The translations under genes were made by a program, and so were the position numbers. A stretch of DNA of 64,000 nucleotides from Lama guanicoe. Its lineage: Eukaryota. The stretch lies in contig MU054187.1 in assembly GCA_013239625.1 (NCBI GenBank), forward strand, positions 18,964,711-19,028,710. Direction: 5' to 3'. Positions within the stretch are counted from its first letter, which is position 1. Each line of letters opens with the position of its first letter. Under the pieces are notes generated by a model. It was not told the origin of the DNA and did not search any database. It saw only the letters and a program-made list of their open reading frames with translations. Positions 12,512 through 25,238 of this stretch are shown piece by piece.

Positions 12512-15378
12512 TTGTATTTATAAAATGTATCTTTGAAAGTTCCATAAAGTCATAAAATGTGGCTAGAATTGGAGCTAGTGATAATTCATAAAGTGTACCT
12601 TTTGTTAGTTGTTTTAAATTAACTGAACTTTTTGGCTTTTTCTTCTGCCCGCCCTCCTCCCCCAAACTCTACATTAAACTTGTATTCAGACGATATAAAC
12701 TCTTAGTGCAACCTATGGTGTTCCAGAGAGCTGTTACAATTCCTCAGACTCTTCTCTGTGAATAACAAATCTGAATTGAATAAATGATTTCTGACAGTTG
12801 CAATTTAAAACAGACTGTGGATCTCTATTTATTGTCCATATTGCTCCCTTTTGGGGTTTAAGTCAACTTGGCCTGAACCCATGTTTCAAGGCCTTGGCCA
12901 GTCAAAAGTCCCTTTTACTCTCTTTTCGAGTTGCCAGACTAATTCCCTCACTTCTCCATCTGCCTCCGCTCTGTCTCGAGGAAGGATGTTTAGTTGTGGC
13001 ACTTGTTATATGAAAGGACAAATTCAGACCAGGCTAAGACAATGGGACAGCTGTCTTGCGGATTGACACCTATTAATTTTGAGTCTTTTCCTTTAGTGCC
13101 TTATTTCTTAAATAAGATAGATTATTTATGATAGTGTGGAGGTGATTTTGTGTAGGCAAGACTCTGTAGATACTGTGGTTTTGCACGACCCAAAGAGAGA
13201 AAATAGGGTCTCTGTGTGTGATCCCTAATAGCGCCCTGGAGTTTGGTTTTGACGTGTCTCAACTGCTATGGGAGTAAGTCACTTGCGACCTCTGCCCAGG
13301 TAGGGACTCCGGCTACCAAAAGTCATGCAAAACATTCTGCAGACGACAGCGAGTCCACAGATGCGTTTGGTCATGTTTGTTAAGGTGAATGATAGTTCCA
13401 GGTGGGACTCTGCGACAGACACTCGATCTGATTTAAGGAAAAAGGAGGCTTTGTTGGAAGATACCACAGAATTGAAGACTGACTACAGGGCTGAGGGCAG
13501 CTCCAGGCACTTGAGGCTGGATTGTCCCTTATCGTCCTCTCCGGCTCCTTGTGAGTTAAGGTGGGGCCTGATGTGACTGCGCTGAGGTTACCTGAGTATC
13601 GCTCAAGGTCTAAGAGGGAACAGGCTTTCCCACGGAGGGCTTCACTTGGCCCCAGTTGTGTCACATGCCCAACCCTGGACCAGTCACAACAGGTGGGAAG
13701 AGGGTTCTGTGACACTCAACCTGGGGTCATGTTTGTACATTTTGTTTGTTTGTTTCTAGAAAAAGTAGAGACAAGTGTGCTGGGCAGGTAAAAGCAAAAG
13801 GCGCCGGGGGCTAACCGAGAGCGAACGTGCTTATTCATAGGCTTTGACGGCTCTGTGGGCAGCGCCCTTCCGTGGGAAGGGTCTCCTGCCCGTCTGTAAA
13901 GAGGGTTTTAGTTTTCTATCCTGTGCTACCCACGGCAGCCAGTTGTGCTCATGCAAGGTTTTTCATGCTCCATCTCATGTTTATTTATTTTCCTTGGGGT
14001 AAAATAGCAAGATGTTCTATCTGGCCTGTGCTGGGGTTCTATTTGGTTATGGTATAATAGCTATCTGACATACGGTATAATAATTATTTTTAATGGCTTC
14101 ATTGAGTAAGTAGATACTTTTGCTCTTTACTTAACCAGCTCTGTTGGACACATAAACTATTTTTTTTCCCAAGGAGTAGCAAGTATATTTTCAGAGATAT
14201 TGAGAACAAAATATTAGAGTTGCTATGGATGTAATCTCCTAACATCCCCTGAAATTGTTTTTTTTAACCTCAATTATTTCTATTTTTCTCTCATAAATGT
14301 GGCAGAATGGGGTTATCTTTTATCTTCAAACCCATCTTCTCTTTCTCTCTTCCTCTTTTGTGAGAGAAGGTACTTTGTAGACAGAGTGAAGAGAGACTCT
14401 TTTGAATAAAGCCTCCAAGTTTGGCTATGAGAGGTGGTCAGTATTAGGAGCAGAAAGGTTCGTTTCTCCAGTAGATGTTTTCCTCTAAAGAATATTAAAG
14501 CCCAGTGCTTCTCCCAGGAAGCATGGTGAGAACCCGATGCTGACCTCTCAGATGGGAGATGCTAAGGGCTTTATGGGCAGTGCAAGAAGGAACAAGTATG
14601 CTAAGGGGGAAAAAAAGGGGATTTTTTTTAAGACAAAGAAATGAGGAACATGGGAAAAAGAGATTCCTGAAAACCTAACTATGGAAGAATCTAGATGGAC
14701 AATAAGGCTTATATAGATATAAGCAATAGAAACCAACTGTGGATAACCTAAGCATTGGAGAGGTACAAGTAGGTCACAGGATTTAAAAATAAATTCAGAA
14801 ATTAGGCTCAGAGAGCATACATAGGAGAGCAGCTCCAGAGACCTAGGGAGCAGGCACTCATGGACAGTCTCCCGTGCTGGGCTCCCAGGATGACTTAGCT
14901 TTAGTCGCTGGTTAGCTGGGCTTGGCCAGGGAGGTCAGGATGCCTGGACAGTCACACCAAGTCTGGAACAGTGGTGGAAGGGCACGTCTCAAAGCAAACT
15001 CCAAGCGTTTGTACCAGAAGGAAGGGGAAAGGATGCTGACCAGGCAAAAGCAGCAGCTGCCCTCTCCAGCGTCTAGATGGGAAGTGAGGGAACATGTTCA
15101 TGGTCTCCTGGCATCCATTTATCTCTGTGGTGGGTCAGGAATAGGATTCTTCATTTCTTGTCAGGCTGTTCTCTGAAACAGGCAAAACTGTGGGGTTAGA
15201 GGAGTAATATGATAACAAAGATCTTTTGTATTTGTTTCATCTTCTGGGTTATTTTCTGAGGTAAAATTTCCAGGAGTGGAATGAACAGATCAAAGGAGAT
15301 GATCCTGTAAATGGCCTCACAATTTCAATTCTAAACTGAAAACAAATGACAGCAAAGATATTCAAGAGAGGACAAATA

Positions 15379-15500
15379 GGGAGAGGTTATAGCTCAGTAG
15401 TAAAGTGTGTGCTTAGCATGCATGGTCCTGGGTTCAATCCCCAGTACCGCCGTTTAAATACATACATACATACACGTAATCCCCCTAGGAAAAAATTTAA
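15379..15500 (+). mobile_element. vic-1-like SINE
   Basis: GGGAGAGGTTATAGCTCAGTAGTAAAGTGTGTGCTTAGCATGCATGGTCCTGGGTTCAATCCCCAGTACC. Confidence 0.88.
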
Positions 15501-15744
15501 AAATATGATCTTAAAAAAAAAGGGCAAATAAAATCAAAGTATCAGGCCTTGATTTTGTCAGTCATGTTTTGGAAAGAATACAAGGAGAGAAAGAATAATA
15601 ATTAAAGTTAAGAGATGAAGGAACAATATTATTGAATAATATTTCGAGAGGAGCCATCAAGGGAGAGATCCCATTCGTGACTGTGCCAGGTTCTTTAGAT
15701 TTTGAGCAACAGAGACATTCTCAGGTTATCTCGGTTTATGAAAG

Positions 15745-16900
15745 TTTCTTTTTAATGCAAGTTTTTATTTTCAAGCAATCTCCTGAAAAGTTGCAGCCAC
15801 AGAAAAACTTCTTCTTTTCCCTTTAACCATTTGAGAGTAAGGTGACAACCTAATACTCATCACTACTGAATACTTCAGTTTTCACATCCTGTAAACAAGA
15901 ATATTCTACATAATCGTAGTGCATGCATCAAAGGAGGAAACTAACACTGATACATTTCTACCATCTAGTCTTCAGACCCATTTACATTCTGCCAATTGTC
16001 CTTTACAGTAAAAAGATCCAGTTTGGAATTAAATGTTGCATTTACTTGTCAGTTTCTTTTCTCCTTACACCTAGAACAGTTCCACAGTCTTTCCTCGGTT
16101 TTCACGCCTTTGGTATTTTTGAAGAATACACGGCAGTCATTTTATTATCATAGAAGTGATGCTGTGTTCTCACACTCCACCAGGTAGCACAAGATTTGGA
16201 TTCATTCCATTTACTGTGCTGTTCACTTGATTACTTGGTTTAAGACTGTGTCCGCCAGTGTCTTCACTACAAAGTTACTCTTTTACCATTTGTAGTTAGT
16301 AAGTGTTTGGGAGGGGGCATTTTAAAACTAGATAAATACCCTGCTCTTCATCAAATTTAAAGTTTATTTATATCAGTATAGACTCATGGTTTCTTATTTT
16401 CACTCAATGGGTTATAATAAATTACTATCATTATTTATTTTAATGTTCAAATTGTCCCAGAATTGGCCTCTTCAAGTTAGACCCTGTGTCCTTTTGACAC
16501 AACCCTGTCATTCTTCAAGCATTTCCCTGATTACTGGTCCAACAGGATGTTCAGGCTCATCTGGTACTTTCTCTGTATCAGCGTTGGAATCAGCCATTTC
16601 TGCAAGGAACCCTGGTTTATTACGGAGGACAGTGGTATTTGAAACAGGATCTGGGGGCTAGACATGCTCATTGCTATTGGGCTGTTCTTTTCGGGGTGTG
16701 CTCGTTGCTCCCTAGCCCTTTCAGTAGACACAGCTAGGAAATACGCACACAGATGCACCCCCATAAGTATTTGTTTCTGTATCTAAACATTATCTATCTA
16801 CCAAAAACCATAAGGTCGCACTGACACTCACACCACCACGGAGTGCAGGCTGGCTCCCATTATCCTTCATGTAGTTACTTGCTCAATCTCCCTATGTGTA
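15745..16900 (-). mobile_element. Ancient L1 3'-end relic (L1MC4-like)
   Basis: Motifs such as caaattgtcccag...ggcctcttcaagtt...cctgtgtccttttgaca and ggaatcagccatttctgcaaggaaccctggtt; family assigned by eye. Confidence 0.65.
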
Positions 16901-17733
16901 ACCAATCTTCCATCCTCTCTGCTGCCTCCTCAGCGCAGACACCTCCTCATCCAGCCAGTCTTCCGACCATCCGTACTGCCTCCATCCCCCAGTGTAGACA
17001 CCCACTCCACCCTGCTTGGGCTCCAAAGCCTCTCTGAAAACTGCCCTTACCACCCCCACATCTGGGTGCCCTTTTCACCCTTTTTAGGCTCTGGCACCAC
17101 TTTCTGGGAAGTCCCTCATCATGGACAGAAGGTTTCTTTGAAGGGAGAAGACATCAGAAGTCATTGTAGAAAGAACTGCTTCCTGGGCCTTTGTCGTAAC
17201 AGAAAATCACCATAAAGCGTGGGCGAAGCACAGCAGGCATTTGGAATTGTGGAAGGGGCATTGCTAGACTACTGTGTGGCCAGAAGGAGCACGAAAGAGC
17301 TTAGAACTCTTAAGCATTACATAATTTTCAGGGTAAATGGGCTTCTGATAACTATCTCATCCTTGAAGAAACCAAGGTTGAAGCAAGTTGCTCATGCCCC
17401 ACTTCCCCTTTGATTTTGTCTATAAGAGACACTTCTCCCAGAAAAGCTTTTGTTACTTTCTGCTCTGCCTGCCTTATATTCCTAAAATTGTTTGAATTGG
17501 CAAGTTGGACCTTTCTCGCTCTTGAGCCTTGAAGTGTTCTTGAACTTGAACATGAACTTCCCTGTGAGTACTCCAGCACAGAATATGTCAAGATGTTAAA
17601 ATAATAGAATATAAGATAGAATCCAAACATAAATGAATTTGTACACAATATATTGAGTGAGATAATGCAAATAACACAAGTAACACATTTCCTGGCATTC
17701 TATTAAGACTCTGTAACTGTGCATCATACTTAA

Positions 17734-17744
17734 GATGATGATGG

Positions 17745-17787
<43 letters not shown>

Positions 17788-17795
17788 AATGATGA
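17734..17795. repeat. (GAT)n microsatellite, ~20 units with interruptions
   Basis: Direct inspection. Confidence 0.95.
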
Positions 17796-19134
17796 CAGTA
17801 GCTATTATTTTAATACCCAGCATCTCTAGTCAGCCTTGTCATTGTCCTATGTTCGTTTCCCTTACTGGTGACCCTGAGCTCATCTTGTGCTTTCTGATGC
17901 TTGTTGCTTGGGCCAAAGCAAATGTGGCTTTTCCATTTTCTTGGAATCTCATGGAGCAAGAATAGTCATCTCTAGGTCTTATCCTGGATTGCATCTTCAT
18001 CCAGGTGACTGGCATGCCACCTCCCAGGACTGATGATTTTGTCTTAGAGGTAGAAAAACCTCTCTAATTTATCCCAGAAAAGTCGTCATATTCCCTCTTC
18101 ATAGATCATAGCACTAATTACCCCTTTTAACTCTCTTTCAAGTAAGCCCACCTTTCCCATCCCTCAGGAGAAAAACAAATTGTAACTCTGAGAATACTCC
18201 ACAAGTTCCAAATGTGACTGCCTTCTTGACTTTCCCAAGAGTCAATTAACAAATTATACATTTGTTCTTCCAGGAAATTTTATATAACCTATGAATTATT
18301 TAGCCTCTTAACCCATATACAGGCTTCATACATTTTATTTTCATTATTCTATTAATAACCAATGCTTATTGCAGATAAATTAGAAAATATTTCCATATAT
18401 GAAAAAAGAAAACAAAATCATGTGTGGTTTCAATAGCCAGGATTTGCTCTGGTGGCATATTAATGTGTGGACTTCCATATTGTCTCATATAGTCTAGTCC
18501 TTGCAATGGGATCATTATATACATACCATTTTTAACTTGACTTTTAATATTTTAAGTGAATATATTTGAAAACCTTTGCATAGTAATAAGTAAAACCCAG
18601 TGAAATCCCAGCACTGAGGTCCAGTAATGGAAGGGAGGGGAAATATGGTAAATAGCAAATAGTCTTACTGTTGGTTCATTAGCATTCACATGGAACTCGG
18701 GAATGCACGTATCACTGTAACAGAGGCACCACGTCTCTTGCCTCATTGTTCTTCATAGCTCTTGTCCTCATCTGACTAGTTTTTAATGTGTTGTTTGCGG
18801 CTGTGTGTCCTCTCCACAAAAATATAAGCTTTGTTTTGTTTATTGTTATATCCCTAGAACTAGAACTACATCTGGTAAAAAATCAGCACAGAACCCAAGT
18901 TTGTTGAATACATTAATGAATAAACACCATATGAATGAATGAATGAATGAATGAAGATTCACATCACAGTCTGTGATTACCTTCTCGTTCATTTTCTTGG
19001 CGTCTTGTTTATTGCCTAGCATTCTCCATGAGGGACAACACCCAACACATGGTAGGTCCTCAGTAGATACTTTCTGATGAATGAATGAGTGAATTAGTAA
19101 ATTCCTATCTTCAGCTGCTGTTACTATAACCAAG

Positions 19135-20185
19135 TGGATTGTGTCAGAGAGTGTGCTTACTGAATGTCCATGTTCTCCCCTACACTTCCCAGCATCCTTT
19201 GTAAAGAAGTTGTAGCCATGTGACAAGTTCTGGCCAGTCTGTGGGTTGTGAGAGGAAGTAATCTGTGTTACCCTGAGGATGAGGCAGTTAGGAGCTAGCG
19301 TGCTTCCCACATCTCTTTCTTTCCTGGACTCAGGACCTTGGAGGCCAGGTATTTCAGCCAACATAGCCATAGGTGGAAAAAAGACACCCATACCATGTCA
19401 GACTTCTAGGTAAGTGAGAATAAAGCTTACTTTGGGGTCAAGCCACTGATTTTTTTAAAAAAATTTTTTTAACATTTTTTTATTGAGTTATAGTCATTTT
19501 ACAATGTTGTGTCAAATTCCAGTGTAGAGCACAATTTTTCAGTTATACATGAACATACATATATTCATTGTCACATTTTTTTTTTGCTGTGAACTACCGC
19601 AAGATCTTGTATATATTTCCCTGTGCTATACAGTACAATCTTGTTTATCTGTTCTACATTTTGAAATCTTAGTCTGTCCCTTCCCAGCCTCCTCCCCCTT
19701 GGCAACCACAAGTTTGTATTCTATGTCTATGAGTCTGTTTCTGTTTTGTATTTATGTTTTTTTTTTTAGATTCCACATATGAATGATTTCATAAGGTATT
19801 TTTCTTTCTCTTTCTGGCTGACTTCACTTAGAATGACATTCTCCAGGAATATCCATGTTTCTGCAAATGGTGTTATGTTGTCAGTTTCTATGGCTGAATA
19901 GTATTCCATTGTATAAATATACCACATCTTCTTTATCCAGTCATCTGTTGATGGACATTTAAGCTGTTTCCATGTTTTGGCTATTGTAAATAGTGCTGCT
20001 ATGAACATTGGGGTGCAGGTGTCTTTTTGAAGTAGGATTCCTTCTGGATATGCACCCAGGAGTGGGATTCCTGGGTCATATTGTAAGTCTATTCCTAGTC
20101 TTTTGAGGAATCTCCATGCTGTTTTCCGCAGAAGCCATTGATTTTTAGAGTTTGCCTTTTTAGGATTTACTGTAACATAAGCAAG
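19135..20185 (+). mobile_element. MLT1-type (ERVL-MaLR) solo LTR, split by the L1
   Basis: cacttcccagcatcctttgta...gccatgtgacaagttctggcca at the start; after the L1 it resumes and ends ...ctatcctgactaataca. Confidence 0.7.
19455..20131 (-). mobile_element. Young 5'-truncated L1 with a 15-bp target-site duplication, inserted into an MLT1 LTR
   Basis: ORF 19766..20008 ([27 protein letters not shown]...). TSD aagccactgattttt (19440-19454) / aagccattgattttt (20132-20146). Confidence 0.93.
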
Positions 20186-21984
20186 ACTATCCTGACTAAT
20201 ACAGATATAAAACCAGAATTAGAAACTTGCTCTTTGGCCATGGAATTGAACAAATTTAATCAACATAAACTAGATTTTAGCCTGTGATTTTGACCTAATA
20301 GTTTTATTTGCTTGTTTGTTAATATAACACCTACTCTGAAGTTCTTGGCTGAAAGCAAAGGATATAAAACTTGAAAATGCTCTGAATATAAATTAGATTT
20401 TTTCAGCTGTTTCATGGATTTGAAATAAAATATTTTAGTTTAGTATGCTATCTAGATTGTTTCTACTGCAGATTCTTATTTCACCTAGCCCATAGGTGGT
20501 TTATAATTTCTGAGCAGGAATAATTAATTCCCTTAGAGGTGGAGTAAGGAACAAATATTTGTACTCTTGGGTGTCATATGTTTAGGCTGACAGCTGCAGT
20601 GATGGTAAGTATGAGGAAGAGAGAGTGTTGGTTTGCTGGAGCCCATCATTTACCTGTTTCAGACATTCCCAAACGTTCTGGGCTCATGGTTATAGTCAAC
20701 TCAGTAATTTATTCATGGGCCTGGGCCCCCTAATATATATTTTAGATTTTTAAGTAGTTAGGCCTAAATAATGTACTGATAGTAATTTATATGGTGCTTG
20801 GCAGATGCTCCTGTGTTTTCCCTCAGAAATTTAAAACTTCCTGCAGGGTTCATCGGTTCCCTGTGATGACCCTGGGTACCTCAGCACACGTAGTTTTGGA
20901 CCTCTAGATCTCTGACTTGATATCTGGGAGGATTTGAGGAGCACTGTCTTTGGAGAAGGTCTTCTGAAAAGTTCCTAGCCTTTCATGAACTTACGTTTTT
21001 TTGTAGAGAAGTCTGAGTATGTACTAGCAATCTATCAAAGGATAGTAACTTGAGCCTCATGGAAATTTGGAGCATTGTGGCTATTGCTCTGAATATTTCG
21101 CATTTCACTGAAAGGAGAAGTCACCAGAGTAGATGACACCAGGTGAGGTCACTAGACAAAGGAATGAATTGGGTGAACTAGGTCCTGGTACTTGCAGCTT
21201 CTGTTCTCTCGGCTTCCAGAGTCCCTGCTCCTGTGGGTTTCCTGTGACCGCTCTGGATAATCCTTCCCAGCTTCTTTGATCAGCTAATCCCTGCTATGGA
21301 GTTTCTAATTGTTGACATTTTTCAAGTCTTGGTCTTAGTTTCAATTATAGTCTATGAGCAGATGGCTCTCCAAACCTTTAATTTTTTTCCTTCCTACTGT
21401 TATTTCCCCTTTAAAATCACCTCAGTCCTTTAGTAAAGGAGAATCAACCTTGGCAGCCACTTGTAGAGATCTTGGGGAGACAGAAAAGCAGGGCAGTCAA
21501 GGGGTCCCTCCCTCAGGCCCCATAAAGAGACGCTGGATCCCATGAAGGGAACACAGGTGTGGAGGTTCAGGTGGTACCCAGTAGTGCAGTGAGGGGGGCC
21601 CATGGTGAAACAGGGTCTGATGGAGGAGACACATGACATGCACACACAGTGTCTGGGGAGACAACTCCTGAGACACTTGAAAGGCAAAGCTTCCACTTTC
21701 CCACCGTATGCTAGATCAGGAAATTTTCATTCTGGATATAAAAGAGAATCAACTGGGGAAATTTAAAAAATGCCAAAGTCTCACCCTGATCAACAAAATC
21801 AGATTTAGGAAGAGAAGCTTGTGTATTAGGGATTTAAAAAAGCTCTTGAGGGGATTCCAATGAGTAGGCAGGGTGAGAACCACTTTGCTAGAGGAAGCGG
21901 ACCTGAGAAGCAAGCAGAGATGTGGGTGGGGCAGAGTGAACGTGAATCGCTCCTGCCTGGTCCGCCAGCAGGTTCTGGGGGTAG

Positions 21985-22501
21985 TGTTACCAAGTCCAAG
22001 CTCATTCTGCTCACTGCACGTATAGGCCAATAAATCAGGAAATGAGGTATGGGGACAAGGAGTAATGACTTTATTCGGAAAGTTGACAGACCAAGAAGAT
22101 GGGGGACTGATATCCTAGAGAACCATCTTCCCTAAGCCAGAATTCAGGCTCCTTTTATAGTGAAAAGGGGAGAGGGTGTGATTGGTTGTTGCAAACTTCT
22201 CATCGGAATCCTTTGTTCTTGCAGCTGTCTGGGTAGGTCAAGTCATGGTGTCCCCGTAAACCTCCAACGACACAAATGTATTCTCTGTTCTGCAAAGTTT
22301 TATCTCTATGTAAATGGAAAAGTGTTACACCCTTAAAGGTCAGAGCCTTGAGAATAGGCTCCCCTGTACGTTTCAGGCTCTAGGCAATATTCGTTTACAA
22401 AAGGTGCAGAACCAGCAGGACTAAGCCCAGGAAACAGAGCGCAGGGCTAGGACCAAAGGAACAGGTCTAATACGGAGTCAGAATTGTTCTTCCCTATTTC
22501 A
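21985..22501 (-). mobile_element. ERV1-like solo LTR (517 bp)
   Basis: Termini TGTTACC...TATTTCA (TG...CA), 4-bp flanks gtag/gtaa, and AATAAA on the minus strand (~22069-22074). Confidence 0.75.
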
Positions 22502-22854
22502 GTAAAGACCTGGACCTGTGGGCAAACATCTTTGCACTACGTGACGCCTAGGAATAAACCCACCATGAAGACTGAATCTGAGATATGGAGAAGAGTCAAA
22601 TCTTGATGACATCTTTTGAGACATTTCTAAAGCTAGCAGTGTGTCAAGAAATTTCAGTTTTATATCTCATACCTTCTTTTTTCAACTTAAACCAGTATGG
22701 ATTGGTTTTCCGCCTTCGTATTGGATAGCAGAGGGCTGCTTCTGTGGCTGTTTCTCCTTACCTCCCCCTTCTCTGCCAAAATTTTCAAGGGACATTCACA
22801 TTTTAGGCTTTCTAGAAAGGACTTTGTTTTTGCTTTGGTTGGCAGAAGCTACTC

Positions 22855-23312
22855 ATGGTGTCCCAATATTTGTTCTCCCTTTCTTCGATGTAATAGCATT
22901 TTTAGCTGAGCTGCCTAGAAAAACAAACACTATAATTCTTAGCCTTCATTACAGCTATGGCCGTAAGACAAAGTTTTGGCCAGTAGGCTGCAAGCAGAAA
23001 GATAATGTGCTAGCATCCAGAATCCTTAAAAGACAGCAAAAATGAGTGCTTTTCTTCATCCTTCCTTTATTTTGCCATCTGAAATATGTGGAAGTCACCA
23101 TCTGTGACTTGAGGATGAGGCCATACCTTAGGACTGGGACAGACGGGGAGCTTGAGTCCTGGGGATTCCAGGGAGCAGAGCCACCCCATTGAGTCTGGCC
23201 TGACACTTCCAGAGTTCATTTATGTGAATGAGAAACACATTTCTCTCTTATTAAGCCGATGCTATTTTGGATTTTCTGTCACTCAAAGCTGAATCTAATC
23301 CTAACTAACATA
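22855..23312 (+). mobile_element. MLT1-type LTR
   Basis: agccttcattacagctatggccgtaagacaaagttttggccagt ... ttaagccgatgctattttggattttctgtcactc...ctaatcctaactaaca. Confidence 0.65.
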
Positions 23313-23599
23313 CTGTATTAAGTTTCATCTTGAGAGATTTGGACCATCACTTTGTGTCTTTGGGTAATAATGTCATCATTCAACATCTCTACCTCATCCA
23401 GCTCTCTACCATCGATTAATGAGAGCAGTGTGCCATCTGGGCTTCCATCCGCCATTAATAAAAATAGGATCAGGAGAGGGCCAAGGACTGCAGCCTCCGG
23501 CCTACTCCAGAGAGCCCTTTCACTGGGGTCCTGGTGTCTTTGGACACAGGCGTGAGCTGGTGTGTAGGGAAGCTGAGGCGTGTCAACTATAGATCAGTG

Positions 23600-23775
23600 A
23601 GACTCAGACTTTAGTGAGCGTCAGACCACCTGGAGGGCTTGATGAAACATGGGTGCTGGGCCTTATCGCGAGTTTCTGAATCAGTACGTCTGGGGTGAGG
23701 CTCAAGTATTTGTGTTTCTCACAAATCCCAAGTGATGCTGATACTGAGGTCCAGGGACCACACTTTGAGAACCAT
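23600..23775 (+). mobile_element. MER5A-like hAT element
   Basis: accacctggagggcttgatgaaaca...tctggggtgagg...cccaagtgatgctgatactgaggtccagggaccacactttgagaacca. Confidence 0.8.
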
Positions 23776-24874
23776 TATTCTAGGCTATGATCTTTCCGTT
23801 GGAAAGTGAACTATAAAAGAGAATGAACATTTAAAAGTTGTTTGGCTATGGAAAGCAAGTCTTTGAGGAGACAAAAGGGGATGGACTGCAGAGTATCAGG
23901 GAGGGCTGGGCTCTGATCGGACACGCGCACTGCCTTGCGGCTTATTAGGAGGCCGGCAATACTGGGCGCAGATGAAGGTAGATGGTCCATTTGCTTTGAG
24001 GAGGCTGTGGGAGCTTCTGTCTGGGGTCTTCTGTTTTCCCAGTGAAGAATATGCAGGAGCATTAACTGGAGAGAGGGATGTGAGCTGTGTGAGGAGAAAC
24101 TGTGAAACACCCTTGGCATGTCCCGTATCCGAGGGGAGTGCAGGGCACACTAGAGAATGACACATAGAACTCAAGCAGGGGGGCTCCTGTTTAAGGAGTT
24201 AAATGACTAGTCTTTGTGTTAGTACATTGCTAAGAGCATGTAAACATTACACTTTACGCAGTTCCAGGGAGGATACGGCGCTCGATTCACCAAGATGTCT
24301 CCAGGCCCAGAAAAGTGCTCAGTGAAAGGTCAGTTCATGTTTAACAGTAAATGTACACGTGAAGTTCAGTCTGCAGGTCAGATCATCCCCCTGCAACAAA
24401 ATGATGGTTTGTTAGTTTTTACATGAGTATATTTTATTATCACTTTAATGAATTAAAAAGACTGTGGTTCATGGACAGGTGTTGTATAATGTGTAACTAT
24501 CTTAATAAAAATGATGCTTCATACATTGTTAGAGTACCACAACTTAAAAAAAAAAAAAAGACTGCAGGTGTACAGTGACCAAATCCTGAAATGCAGCCTT
24601 CTTTCTAAAGAAGAATGAGAAGAAATTCCGACAGGTGGTGCTACGTATGAGCACGTTCCAGCTTCCTTCTGAGGCACACGAGCAGTCAGAACCATGCCTT
24701 CTCTCTGGGGACATGACAAATAGCAGAGTAAATCTGGAGGCATTTGGAATAGGTCCACACTCCACCACAGAGATGGGCACTGGCTTAAGATGGCCACTGT
24801 TTCTACGAGCAAGAAATTAAGACCAGCAGAAACTCAGAGGACAGCTGTGCCACTAGAATGGGTCCTCAGAGAAG

Positions 24875-24980
24875 AGAGTGGTCACCAGTTGTCCCGATTT
24901 GCCTGGGTGCCCGGCATGTGGGAGTTTTAGGGCTAAACCTGTGACAGCCTAGGACAAACCAGGAGAAGTTGACCATCCTA
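24875..24980. mobile_element. MER94-like (hAT-Blackjack) short element
   Basis: Imperfect inverted ends gtggtcaccagttgtccc...ggacaaaccaggagaagttgaccatccta. Confidence 0.5.
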
Positions 24981-25064
24981 GCAGGGGCTGAGTATTCTGG
25001 GGGAAAAAACCCAAAATACAGCCAGCACAGCGAGACCGCTGTTTTGATTTATAGTAGGGCACAG

Positions 25065-25238
25065 GTCTGGCTTCCAGGGCGTGTGGCTAACGTCATGCAG
25101 TCACACACGGCCCAGCACTCAGAAGGACCCATGCTTGGTACAACGCTCTGCTGTCATCACTTGAAAGTCTTAATAATGTTTGAAAAGTTCCTCATTTTTA
25201 TTTTGTACTAAGTCCTACAAGTTTTGTAGCCAGTCTGC
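25065..25238. mobile_element. MER91-like hAT element
   Basis: gcagtcacacacggcccagcactcagaaggacccatgcttggt...catttttattttgtact..gtcctacaag.tttgtagccagtctg. Confidence 0.6.

Noticed and set aside
17596..17965. Poly-Met and poly-Ile ORFs
   Set aside because: They are translations of the (GAT)n microsatellite.
18846..19391. Longest ORF in the track (181 aa)
   Set aside because: It spans L2-like (ATTC)n tails and an MLT1 LTR, with no protein-like signature.
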